A DNA stretch of 64,000 nt, taken from positions 169,524 to 233,523 of the forward strand of contig JAJEBV010000008.1 of assembly GCA_022822365.1 (NCBI GenBank), written 5' to 3'. The notes under the pieces are model-generated. The model was given only the letters and a program-made list of their open reading frames with translations, did not search any database and was not told the origin of the DNA. Each line of letters starts with the position of its first letter. Position 1 is the stretch's first letter. A program made the position numbers and the translations under genes. This document shows positions 20,301 through 28,836 of this stretch, one piece after another. This stretch comes from Thermoanaerobaculia bacterium. GTDB lineage: Bacteria; Acidobacteriota; Thermoanaerobaculia; Multivoradales; Multivoraceae.

Positions 20301-22683
20301 GCAGGAAGCCCTGCGCCGGCAGAACGGCTACTTCGACGAGGACCAGGAGATCGAGCGCGACTGGCTCGCCTACAACGCCCGCTTCCGCGCCCAATCGAAC
20401 TTCGCAGCTCGTGCGGCCTCTCCCTTCGGCGATCCCGCGGAGAACGACCAGAGCGAACGGCGCTTTTACCTTGGCAAGGGCAATCTCAGTCTGCACGACA
20501 GTTGGCGCGAGACACGAGGTCGCTCACGCTGCTACGCCGACACCGACCACTCTTTCAGACACCAGGGGTCGGCTGACCTGAACCTGTACAAGCTGTTCCT
20601 AGAGCAGGCTCATGCGCTGCTCGCCATCGGAGGGCGGCTCGGCTTCCTCGTCCCGTCGGGCCTGTACTCCGACAAGGGCACCGGCCCTCTGCGGGACCTG
20701 TTCCTAGAACGGTGCCGATGGGAGTGGCTCTTCGGCTTCGAGAACCGAGCCAAGCTGTTCCCTATCGACAGCAGGTTCAAGTTCAACTCGGTGATCGTCC
20801 AGAAAGACAGCCAGACCCACGTCATCCGTACCGTCTTCATGCGCCGCGACCTGACCGATTGGGAAGAGGCCGAGGAGTTCGCCGTCCCCTACAGCCTCGA
20901 TCAGGTCAACCGATTCAGCCCGAAGAGCCGCGCGATCTTGGAGATCGAGTCACAACGTGACCTCGAAGTCCTCGAGAAGATCTACGCCAACTCGGTACTC
21001 CTCGGCGACGGCGGCCCCAACGGCTGGGGCATCGGCTACGCCACCGAGTTTCATATGACGAACGATTCGAAGCTCTTCCCGCCCCGCCCCCGGTGGGAAG
21101 CGAAGGGTTACCGCCCCGACGAGTACAGCCGCTGGCTCCTCGGCAACTGGCATCCGATCGACGAACTGTGGTCCGAACTCGGCGTCGGTCCCGATAATCC
21201 CGAGCCCGCTGCGATCGAAGTCGAAGACTGGCTGTACGAGCCCGACGCCAGCCCGGAGCGCCGCCAAGCTGAGCGCAGCTTCATCCATGGCCATTTCCTC
21301 GCACCCGGCGATGTCGAAGCCACCGGGTGGGAACTGCGGTGCGCCCAACCGCCCTACGACCGCCTGCCCGTGCCAAGAGTCGCCATTCCCGAGGGCATCG
21401 TCCTGTCGAGAGAAACCGACGCATGGATCCACGAGACCGAGATCGAGGACACGGCCCTTCCGCTGTACGAAGGCCGGATGATCGGCCAGTTCGACTTCAG
21501 CGAGAAGGGCTGGGTCAGCGGTAAGGGAAGAAGTGCCGTCTGGCGCGAGATTCCGTGGGAGCAGAAGCAGATCGAACCCCAGTACCTGATGGCGCAGAGC
21601 GCGTACGTCTCATCCGGGAAGTCGGTTTTGCGACCAAAGATCGCCTACATGCGAGTCAGTTCCTCGACAAACTCCAGGTCCACGATCGCTACGTATCTCG
21701 GCAGCCACCCCGCCGGGGACAGCGTCTTCTACTTCGTGCCCTGTGACGATGACCCGGAGGTTGCCACAGTCATCGCCTCTATCTTCTCGACGCTGGCGTT
21801 CGACTTCGTCATTCGCGCACGCCTCAGCGGCTTGAACATGAGCGAGTTCGTCATGGTGGACGCGGCCCTTCCGCCACGTCTCGGAAGCCTCACGCAAGCC
21901 ATGCTAGGGCCCGCCATAGCCCTTTGCCTCACCGGCCCCTCGTCAGCCGTGGAGCGCCTCCGCCTAGCGGCAGCCGACGGGTCTTCCCGTGCTTCCCGGC
22001 TCAAATCGCTGGCGGCCCTCACGCCGGCCGCACGGCTCGAGAGGATCTCGGCACTAGACGCGATAGTCGCAGCTTCCTTTGGCCTACGAACAGGCGACCT
22101 GAACTACGTGCTCAGGGGCTGCGACGAGATAGAGCCGGAGGGTCTGGCGCCGAAGGGCTTCTGGCGAGTCGACAAGGACAAACCGCCGGAACTCCGCCAC
22201 ACGGTCCTGGCCCAGATCGCCTTCACCGACCTTCAGCGCCACATCGAGTCCGCCGCCGGCGACCGCGAAGCCGGAATTCTGGCTTTCATGTCACAGAACC
22301 AGGGCGAAGGCTGGCACCTCCCCGAGACCCTCCGCCTCGCCGACTACAACCTCGGCCACGACGACCGCGCCCAAGAGCACCAGCGGGTAGCCACCGAACT
22401 CGGTCCTCGCTTCTACGATTGGCAGCTCGCCCAGACGCCTGAAGAAGCCTGGGCCGAAACCCACCTCCACGCCCGCAACCTCTTGGGCGAACACGCCTAC
22501 CGCAGACTTCGAGCCGAAATCGAGCAAAGGCCTCCAGAGCACACTCCCGCCACCACCGCCCCGACCTTCTCCGAGATCGCCGAAGAGCGCCACCGTTGGG
22601 ACTACTGGGTCAACCGGACGGCAGAGCCCACCTCGAAGCCCTCGAAATCAGTAAACACGGACCAGACTGACCTCTTCGACTGA
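17344..22683 (+). CDS. large N6-adenine DNA methyltransferase (PglX/DrmMI-like, gamma-class)
   Basis: TTG start overlapping the drmD-like stop (cTTGA). About 1779 aa. SAM motif I LKVCDPACGSGSFPLAAL (about 19272-19305) and catalytic motif IV GNPPWD (about 20221-20232). The track ORF 16624.. is extended upstream by read-through of the previous gene in another frame. Contains an in-frame copy of a ~65-nt repeat at 18825-18888. Confidence 0.8.
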   Translation: MSLQGWNDLRHGGLLLDAQRQSEIAASTRARVLDPWLESEARRRADLLRDPGAANAGERTEFVSFVLESLCGFEPDDLGSRWLRGSRIPAEWSRRALTGESVRPNHLWLGPKGAVLPVFVTGDRQVGIGRGRRETSRALGWLRAGNERLALLTNGRQWRLLFAGLDFDAWCQWDADLWFAEGAPTPALNALLTLIQPELWTPEEEGADPPLLRAVRDSRKGQSELSEALGERVREAVERLIQGHGEALKQECATVDKADIYRAACRVVMRLVVILFAEARGLLPRNDAVYHDSYGLGGLHESLRRRAAAGRSQTQSYGAWPRLLALFKLVRKGSHHPDLAVPAYGGDLFAPGSPTADDRLSRALAVFETACLDGELLSDAEVHEMLERLTRTRIRIRQGKTSRLVAASVDFSDLSTEYIGVLYEGLLDYELKTAPSDDSIIFLAVGEQPALPLSRLEEMDDKALRSLFAAMKKASSPDADEDSAPTDSASDDAPPLGAPAPPPASGATPRSGEPEPTEDPRQTIRTHAEAWARHAALTAGLVKKPPKSQATLLSSHEDELRKRAAQLVNRVVLPNEWYLVRWGGTRKGSGSFYTRPGLTVPTVQRTLRPLAYDPPLDDDGKPDRDAPPADWTPRRPEDILSLKVCDPACGSGSFPLAALRFLTDALYASVRHHRRIEDRDDRSLVRLLGLDDSGETEADAVERPGDELIPCPPDADDFEPRLRAVLRRYVVERCIYGVDVDPLAVSLCQLSLWIETMDRDLPFSFLDHKIRCGNSLIGAWFDQFQHYPAMAWKNREAGDKNHSNGVHYEKGAQTKAIKEWVKNELTPDLRHTLEGRTLFHEDLLEQAAAAHGAALEGLERMHRLPIRDSAARARLYREELTGSDEWRSLKNAMDLWCACWFWPADELDRAPLPTTFTDPGPETRAVAERIAAAMRFFHWELEFPDVFREEGAGFDAMLGNPPWDIAKPKSQEFFSSIDPLYRSYGKQEALRRQNGYFDEDQEIERDWLAYNARFRAQSNFAARAASPFGDPAENDQSERRFYLGKGNLSLHDSWRETRGRSRCYADTDHSFRHQGSADLNLYKLFLEQAHALLAIGGRLGFLVPSGLYSDKGTGPLRDLFLERCRWEWLFGFENRAKLFPIDSRFKFNSVIVQKDSQTHVIRTVFMRRDLTDWEEAEEFAVPYSLDQVNRFSPKSRAILEIESQRDLEVLEKIYANSVLLGDGGPNGWGIGYATEFHMTNDSKLFPPRPRWEAKGYRPDEYSRWLLGNWHPIDELWSELGVGPDNPEPAAIEVEDWLYEPDASPERRQAERSFIHGHFLAPGDVEATGWELRCAQPPYDRLPVPRVAIPEGIVLSRETDAWIHETEIEDTALPLYEGRMIGQFDFSEKGWVSGKGRSAVWREIPWEQKQIEPQYLMAQSAYVSSGKSVLRPKIAYMRVSSSTNSRSTIATYLGSHPAGDSVFYFVPCDDDPEVATVIASIFSTLAFDFVIRARLSGLNMSEFVMVDAALPPRLGSLTQAMLGPAIALCLTGPSSAVERLRLAAADGSSRASRLKSLAALTPAARLERISALDAIVAASFGLRTGDLNYVLRGCDEIEPEGLAPKGFWRVDKDKPPELRHTVLAQIAFTDLQRHIESAAGDREAGILAFMSQNQGEGWHLPETLRLADYNLGHDDRAQEHQRVATELGPRFYDWQLAQTPEEAWAETHLHARNLLGEHAYRRLRAEIEQRPPEHTPATTAPTFSEIAEERHRWDYWVNRTAEPTSKPSKSVNTDQTDLFD

Positions 22684-22799
22684 CAATCGGCCCCGAGGTC
22701 CAATCGAGTCGGCCCAATGTGCGCCGAAGACTCGCCCCCCGACGACCACCATCCTCCACGCCCCAACCCACACTAACTAGCAGCTAGAACCACCGAAGA

Positions 22800-23846
22800 A
22801 TGGCCGGACTCCCGCGAATCGTCAAGGACCAGCTAGAGCAGGCGAAAGGCGCGTGCCTCGCCGCCGTCGAGACCTACAACAGGCCCGGCGTGGCCTTTCG
22901 GACACGGACATTCACCGTTCTCATGGCGATTGCGTGGACGTCGCTGTTCCATGCGATCTTCTACCGTCGCGCCCGAAAGCCCTGGTACGTGCGAAGCGGC
23001 GCCGGCCGCGGCATCCGGTATGAGAAGGTAGACGGGGAACCGAAGCACTGGGAGCTGAGCGAATGCACGCGCCAGTTCTATGGCGGCCACAACCCTCCAC
23101 AACGCAAGAACCTCGAGTTCATGGTGCTTCTCCGGAACAAGATCGAGCACCGCCACCACCCCGAACTCGATCTCGCGCTGTACGGTGAATGCCAAGCGTG
23201 GCTGATGAATTTCGAGGAACTTCTCGTAGCCGAGTTTGGGGCCGCCCAAGCACTCGCCGGACATCTTGATCTCGCCCTGCAGTTCTCGGCCTTTCGGCCC
23301 GAAGGACAGCAAGAGGCGATCCGGCGCCTGAACTCATCCGCAGCCAAAGACCTCCTAAGCTTCATTCAGAGCTACCGCGCCGGTCTCCCGGCAGATGTTC
23401 TAGAGAGTTCCTCGTACTCCGTCAGAGTCTTCCTGCTCCCCAAGCTCGCCGTCCGGGACAACGCAGCCGACCTCGCCGTGGAGTTCGTGCCGTACGACCC
23501 CACGAACCCCGAAGAGATGAAGCGGTTGAAGCGAGTCACAGCGATGATCAAGGAGAAGCTGACACCCGTTGCAAGTGCCGGCCTCATGAGACCGTCAGAA
23601 GTCGTCGCTCGCATTCAGGAACACCTACCCGACTTCTCCATCCACACGCACACGCAAGCCTGGAGGACCTACAACGTCCGGCCGCCGACCGGTGCCAACA
23701 GCCCAGCTTCGACTCGGCCCGAGTTCTGCATCTACGACGAGTTAGCTCAAGGTTATGGCTACACGGAAGCTTGGGTGAAGTTCCTCCTCCGGAAACTCAG
23801 TGACACGGCTGAGTTCGACCGAGTGATGAGCTGGAAGCCCAGCTAG
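22800..23846 (+). CDS. hypothetical protein (defence-island accessory; no motif recognised)
   Basis: 348 aa ORF with an ATG start and a protein-like, non-Arg-biased composition. Positioned immediately after the MTase. Confidence 0.5.
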   Translation: MAGLPRIVKDQLEQAKGACLAAVETYNRPGVAFRTRTFTVLMAIAWTSLFHAIFYRRARKPWYVRSGAGRGIRYEKVDGEPKHWELSECTRQFYGGHNPPQRKNLEFMVLLRNKIEHRHHPELDLALYGECQAWLMNFEELLVAEFGAAQALAGHLDLALQFSAFRPEGQQEAIRRLNSSAAKDLLSFIQSYRAGLPADVLESSSYSVRVFLLPKLAVRDNAADLAVEFVPYDPTNPEEMKRLKRVTAMIKEKLTPVASAGLMRPSEVVARIQEHLPDFSIHTHTQAWRTYNVRPPTGANSPASTRPEFCIYDELAQGYGYTEAWVKFLLRKLSDTAEFDRVMSWKPS

Positions 23847-23972
23847 CTAACCACGCGACGGAGGACAGGAGATGGCGAAAATGCACTGTGGCGGTGGGAG
23901 CAGGGGAGGAGGACGGAAGACGGTATCCGCGACGCCGAGACGCAGGCACGCAGATTCCACCGCGCTCCCGGC

Positions 23973-24830
23973 TCAAGGTCTCGGCATTCGCCACCCGAAC
24001 AGCTCTCGCCACGTCTCAACCGCCGCCCTCAGCTTGCCCTCGTACTCGAGCTGCAGCGCCTCTTCACTGATCGCCAACCACCCGCGCGCGATGTCGGCGA
24101 GTTCTCTGCGACGTCCTTGTCCTATCCCAGCGTTCACACTTGGGCCTAAGCCCACCGGATCGGGCCAGTCGTCTGTTATCCGGTCCGCGATCGAAGCCAT
24201 GTAGAACCGGATCTCATGGCGGTACTCGCCAAACGGCTCCGTCACAAGGTCCAGGGCCATGACCTCGAGGAGAAACGCGGGCTCGATGGGGTCTCCTGCC
24301 TCGCGGTTGATTCCCTTCACCATCTTCACGAAGGGCACGAACTTCTCGTCGCACTCCTTATTCTTCGCGGTCACGAGCGCGTGCTGCTCCCGCGGATCCG
24401 TGGCCATCCACGCCGACCCGCTAGGCATCCAGTAGCCTCCTCCGCGTCGCGGGAACACCGGAGCGACCTCGTAAGACGCAACGTCTTCCTCGCCATAGTT
24501 GATCGTGACGACGTTGTCGTCGGCGGCCAGGTCCGGCCACCGCGTCGCCAGCAGGTCGCGCAACGCGAGCACCGCCGCCGTGCCCGTACCTTCGGCCAAG
24601 TCCGCCTGCGGTCCCTCCGGGTCAACGACGACAAAGATGTCCACGTCCTTCAACCTCTTCGTTTTCGTGTGCCGCCTGTAGCTGCCGGTCAGGAAGTCGT
24701 CCACTAGTTGCCACGATGCCCCGATGTGGTCACGCACCAACTCGTGCCGGGTTTGGGCCTGTCGACTCTCGGTCCTGGTGATCTCAAGATTCGACTTCAG
24801 GTTGTCGAAAGCGTCATCGACGTAGCTCAT
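23973..24830 (-). CDS. cGAS/DncV-like nucleotidyltransferase (CD-NTase, SMODS domain)
   Basis: An ATG at 24830 gives MSYVDD (the track starts at GTG 24839). Pol-beta NTase motif GSYRRHTKTKRLKDVDIFVVV (GS...DxD) and a third acidic residue in SYEVAPVF. Last gene of a four-gene coupled operon with a Trip13-like ATPase. Confidence 0.7.
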   Translation of the reverse strand: MSYVDDAFDNLKSNLEITRTESRQAQTRHELVRDHIGASWQLVDDFLTGSYRRHTKTKRLKDVDIFVVVDPEGPQADLAEGTGTAAVLALRDLLATRWPDLAADDNVVTINYGEEDVASYEVAPVFPRRGGGYWMPSGSAWMATDPREQHALVTAKNKECDEKFVPFVKMVKGINREAGDPIEPAFLLEVMALDLVTEPFGEYRHEIRFYMASIADRITDDWPDPVGLGPSVNAGIGQGRRRELADIARGWLAISEEALQLEYEGKLRAAVETWRELFGWRMPRP

Positions 24831-24839
24831 TCTCTTCAC

Positions 24840-25349
24840 CTACTTTCGGTAGTAGGTCATTCCGGCGCTTGCGTGTGGTCCGGCCGCTAGTGTGCCGAAG
24901 CTCACCGAGCGCATGCCGGCAACGGAGGTTCTCGTTCCCGGCGACCATCCTGGCTGGGGCGAATGGGGTCCGTTGAAGCTGCAGAAGAGGCGGTACGTGG
25001 TTCCACCGGGAACTCGCTCGAACTTCGCCATGAACTGCGCCAGCGCGGCGCGGTCCGCCGTGAATTTCCGATCTCCCACCCCGGTGAAGGTGTATGACAC
25101 GGGGAATTCGAAGATCGGGCTCACCGTTCCGCTTGGTTGGTGGCATTCGAGTGCGACGCGCTCAAGCGAACCTTCTTCGATCCAGTTTGAGATGGCCGCT
25201 TGATCCCTTGGCCAGTACGCGAACAGGCGCGTGGGGTCGATTCCCAGCGTCCCCAGAATGTCGGCTATCGAGCCCATGATGACGTCCGCCAAGTGAGTAG
25301 CCGTATGGGTACGCGTGTAGGTGGTGACCGAGGTCCTGGACGACGTCAT
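24840..25349 (-). CDS. small protein (169 aa), candidate HORMA-domain partner (by size and context only)
   Basis: Internal ATG at 25349 (MTSSRTSVTTY...) overlaps the stop of the upstream gene (ATGA). Lies between the Trip13-like and CD-NTase genes. Confidence 0.45.
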   Translation of the reverse strand: MTSSRTSVTTYTRTHTATHLADVIMGSIADILGTLGIDPTRLFAYWPRDQAAISNWIEEGSLERVALECHQPSGTVSPIFEFPVSYTFTGVGDRKFTADRAALAQFMAKFERVPGGTTYRLFCSFNGPHSPQPGWSPGTRTSVAGMRSVSFGTLAAGPHASAGMTYYRK

Positions 25350-25837
25350 GACTTCATTCTCAGCCTGCGGAGGGCGTCCATGTCGATGGCTGAACGGGAA
25401 GCTCGTTCCGTCTTGGCCGTGGGTGCCGTCTTCGGCGGCGCGTCGACAGATAGGTGCGCCGAGCGCTTGGCCGCGCTGGACACACTGTTGTCGAGCGCTC
25501 CGGGCAAAGGCACATGAAGTACCCACGCGGGCGTGGCACTCCCGCCGCCGGGCACAGGGTTGAGATTCTCCTTGACGGCGAGCGCCGCATCCGCAGTGAC
25601 GACTCTAATCGTCAGATGCAGCCCGACGTCGCAAAGAACCAAGCCGTCCGACTCCAGGTGTCCGCCCGCGATGAGGGCGGGGCCCAGACCCTCTAGCGCT
25701 GTCAGCTCGCGCTCTACGCTTCCGGCCGCAACGTTGGGGCTCCGCTCAAGCGTCGTAGCGATGAGCGTCGTGACCACGTTCCACGCTTCGGCGGCGCTTC
25801 GAACGGGGGAAGCGGCGATTGTCCTTTGTCGCTCCAT
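25346..25837 (-). CDS. small protein (163 aa), candidate HORMA-domain partner (by size and context only)
   Basis: ATG at 25837 (MERQRTIAAS...) lies 1 nt after the Trip13-like stop. Its stop overlaps the next start. Confidence 0.45.
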   Translation of the reverse strand: MERQRTIAASPVRSAAEAWNVVTTLIATTLERSPNVAAGSVERELTALEGLGPALIAGGHLESDGLVLCDVGLHLTIRVVTADAALAVKENLNPVPGGGSATPAWVLHVPLPGALDNSVSSAAKRSAHLSVDAPPKTAPTAKTERASRSAIDMDALRRLRMKS

Positions 25838-25838
25838 T

Positions 25839-26759
25839 TCAGCCCTCCGAACCTCCCTGACTGATACCGCCGTCCTCCATGACCCGCGAGGCCGCCGCGA
25901 GCAGGTCGTCGATCGTCGTACTTCCCGGGTCGAGCACCGTCTCGTCCCGGCCGAGCATCGCCTCCAGAATCGTCTTCCGGACCCGCCGGCCGTCCGCTCC
26001 CGCCAAGCGTCCCGCGACCTCTTCGAGCTGCTCGTCGCAAGCAAGTTCGCCGAGACACGCGTAAGCCGGCGCCATCGACCGAAGAGCGGACCTCAGGATC
26101 GCGACGATTCCCGCAGAATCCGGCACCGGGACGTGAATTTGCACGTCCACCCGCGACAAGAAGGCCTCGTCCAGGACGCCGACGAAGTTGCTCGTTGCCA
26201 CGAAGACCAGATTGGGGAACGCCGTCGTATTCGCGTCGAGCGCCGCCAACACGGCGTCCGTCGCTCGGTGCACGTCTGCCGGATTCGCCGCCAGCGACGC
26301 CTCGCTCCTCGCGACGGCCATCGACTCGATCTCGTCAAGGAGAACGACCGTAGGCACACCGTCGTCGGCAAGGCTCGGCACGTACTCCGCGAGCAACTGC
26401 GTTACAGCGCTCTGGCTCTCCCCATGCTCGGCGCTCATGAGACCGTGGGGATTGACCTCGACCAGCCGCGCTTGACGCTTCGGGGTGATCTTCGCCAGTT
26501 CATGGGCCAGACCACGTGCCAATGTCGTCTTACCTGTTCCCGGGGGGCCGTGTAGCAGGACGAGCCCATGCAGCGCCGTCGTCTCGAAGGGCAGTTCGCG
26601 ACGTAGGCGGAGATTCAACGCCGTGGCTCGGAGCAGACGGTCCTTCACCGAAGCATCAACTACAATCGAGTCCCACAGGCCCGCGTAGGCTGGATCCGGC
26701 ATCTCGCGAACAGCGCGCACGGACTCGGCCGCTTGACTGGGTGCGTTTTCGCTTCGCAT
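25839..26759 (-). CDS. Trip13/Pch2-like AAA+ ATPase
   Basis: ATG at 26759 (MRSENAPS...). Matches Trip13 blocks: LWDSIVVDASVKDRLL, LLHGPPGTGKTTLARGLA, EVNPHGLMSAEHGESQSAV, VLLDEIESMAVAR, NLVFVATSNFVGVLDEAFLSRVD. Confidence 0.85.
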   Translation of the reverse strand: MRSENAPSQAAESVRAVREMPDPAYAGLWDSIVVDASVKDRLLRATALNLRLRRELPFETTALHGLVLLHGPPGTGKTTLARGLAHELAKITPKRQARLVEVNPHGLMSAEHGESQSAVTQLLAEYVPSLADDGVPTVVLLDEIESMAVARSEASLAANPADVHRATDAVLAALDANTTAFPNLVFVATSNFVGVLDEAFLSRVDVQIHVPVPDSAGIVAILRSALRSMAPAYACLGELACDEQLEEVAGRLAGADGRRVRKTILEAMLGRDETVLDPGSTTIDDLLAAASRVMEDGGISQGGSEG

Positions 26760-26831
26760 GACTGCAACTCTACTTCGCAACAGGCGCGACCGCAACCCTC
26801 GAATCCGGCGACTCGAACATTCCCGTGCGGC

Positions 26832-27263
26832 ATGACCATGGTCGATCCCGGTTCCCCTAAGCCAACCGCGGCCCGGCCCTCGGCGAGACCCGCTCCCAAC
26901 CGCCGACGAGATCGCCCTCAGGTGGGCAGCGTTCTCCGCCGAGCCCGCCTGCACCACGACCTCTCGCTACGCGAGGTGGAACGCCGCATCGGCCGGTCCA
27001 ACGCGTATTTGTCCCAGGTGGAGCGCGGCCTGATCAAGCAGCCCGACCCGATCGTTCTCCTGGAACTGGCCGAACTCTACGGCCTGAACTTCGAGACCCT
27101 CGCGGCCTGGGCGAACTGGGTTTCCGCCGACCCGAACCCTTCGGGCGCGCAACCGCGTGACTCAACCGCCGTTCTCGTCCGGCAGGTCATGGAACTCGAC
27201 GCCGCCGAAAGGGCGACGGTTCTCCGCTTCGTCGACTCCATCCTGCGCAAGCGGCGGACGTAG
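26832..27263 (+). CDS. XRE-family helix-turn-helix transcriptional regulator
   Basis: ATG at 26832 (MTMVDPGS...). HTH LSLREVERRIGRSNAYLSQVERG. Divergent from the Trip13-like operon with a 72-bp intergenic region. Confidence 0.7.
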   Translation: MTMVDPGSPKPTAARPSARPAPNRRRDRPQVGSVLRRARLHHDLSLREVERRIGRSNAYLSQVERGLIKQPDPIVLLELAELYGLNFETLAAWANWVSADPNPSGAQPRDSTAVLVRQVMELDAAERATVLRFVDSILRKRRT

Positions 27264-27400
27264 GCACCCCTTCCCTCATGCCTGCACGCGCCAGACCGCT
27301 CCAAGGTCTGCACTCGCAACGCTGCTAGCCGCGCGCCCTCTCCCTCTAGCTTGACCGCGGCCCCCACGCTCGCACCTGTCCAGACACGATCCCCTCCGGT

Positions 27401-28246
27401 TCAACCTCGCTCTGCGGCCTCGTACACCGGCTTCCTCAACTTGAAGAACCACTCCGGCACCATCGGGCTAAGCCGCCGATGTTCGAAGAGGCGGGCCTGC
27501 ACGAGCCGGACGTCGCAAAGTGTCTGACTACCAGACTGCGCCCCAGCCCGTGACAGGAAGCGATGCAGCTTCTCCATGCGGATCCTTGCCGCAGATTGAG
27601 CAGTAACCGCCAATACCACCCACGCGACAAGCCTGAGACACGCCGCCACCAAGAGAACCACGTCCAGCAGTGAAGCCTCTGCAAGCACCGCCCCCAGAAG
27701 GACCGTCACCACCGACGCACCTACCAACGACTTGACGACCCAGATCCACTCCCTGCGTAATCGCTCCTCCCAGCGACAGCTAGCCCTCTGGCAGTGCAAC
27801 TGCGCCGCCACCGGCTCCGCGGGAATGGCTTCCGCTCGATACCAGTCAACCAGATCCTCCGGCGAGTCCCTTCGCGCGCTCCCTTTTCTCGCCAGCTCCT
27901 TCACTCTGTCATCCGTGGGCTGCTCCACACCGCTGTGAGCCGACCAAGGTAGGTCAAGGACGAAACAGTCAAACGCCTCCTGGATCGTCGCAGCTTCCTC
28001 CTTCATCCGGTCCCCCCACCGAGCCAGAAGCGGCTGGTCCACGAACCAAAGCAAGACAACGATGACGGTCGCTGCGTGACTGTCCGACCCCGCCTCCCTG
28101 GTCAAGCCCCAGAGCGCTACAACCGCAACGGCCACCACGCCCCCGAGCCGCACGCCCTCTACCTTCTTGACCTGCCGGTACAGCCAACGCAGCGCCGCCA
28201 GCCTTTCCAGTGACCGCTGGCTGTTCTGCCGCTCCCGAATGCTCAC
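27401..28246 (-). CDS. predicted multi-pass membrane protein (candidate effector)
   Basis: 281 aa, GTG start. Hydrophobic helices (GVVAVAVVALWGL, ATVIVVLLWFV, LVGASVVTVLLGAVLAEASLLDVVLLVAACLRLVAWVVLAV). No enzymatic motif recognised. Confidence 0.5.
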   Translation of the reverse strand: MSIRERQNSQRSLERLAALRWLYRQVKKVEGVRLGGVVAVAVVALWGLTREAGSDSHAATVIVVLLWFVDQPLLARWGDRMKEEAATIQEAFDCFVLDLPWSAHSGVEQPTDDRVKELARKGSARRDSPEDLVDWYRAEAIPAEPVAAQLHCQRASCRWEERLRREWIWVVKSLVGASVVTVLLGAVLAEASLLDVVLLVAACLRLVAWVVLAVTAQSAARIRMEKLHRFLSRAGAQSGSQTLCDVRLVQARLFEHRRLSPMVPEWFFKLRKPVYEAAERG

Positions 28247-28836
28247 CCGCTTCTACCCTCCTCCATCGAATCCTACTCAGCGGGCCTATAGACGAAGTGC
28301 TTAACCGGCGTTCAACGCTCGGGATCCCCGATCTTCTCAGCCGCCGGCACCATCGCATGCTCCACGAAGGCGGTTCCGGCGTCAGAATAGGCGATCAGCA
28401 CGCCGTCCTGTACCACCATCCCCACGGTCGGCATCTGCACGAGAGCCCGCCGCCGTCAATCGGCCCCACCTCCGCCCGTGAGCTCGTCAAAGGCCTGGAG
28501 GACGCGGGCATCCTGATCACCGGCAAGTAGTTCGCTTTCCGGCGTGGGACGGCCGGCCTATGGAGCCGCCCTACGTCCTGGTGTGCCTGTAACGACCGCC
28601 GCCGCACTTGGAGGAGGCAGTGCCGCGGGAGAACGGACCGTTCACACGCGGCTTAGCTCGAACCGCTACGTGGGTACCGCCTGGGCGCTCGAGAGATCTG
28701 CTGGTCCGCGAGTGCGGCACCCGGCCCAAGCCCCGTGTTCATGCCGACTCCGCTCCGTGCGTAGCGCACCAGCGGCACGCCGACGGCCGAAGCTCGTACA
28801 CTGAGCAGCCCCTAGACTGGGCCGGCGCTTCCTCTC

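Noticed and set aside
28210-28530. 106-aa plus-strand ORF
   Set aside because: It overlaps the 3' end of the membrane-protein gene on the opposite strand and has no start context. It is at best a gene remnant, and I note it only in a finding.
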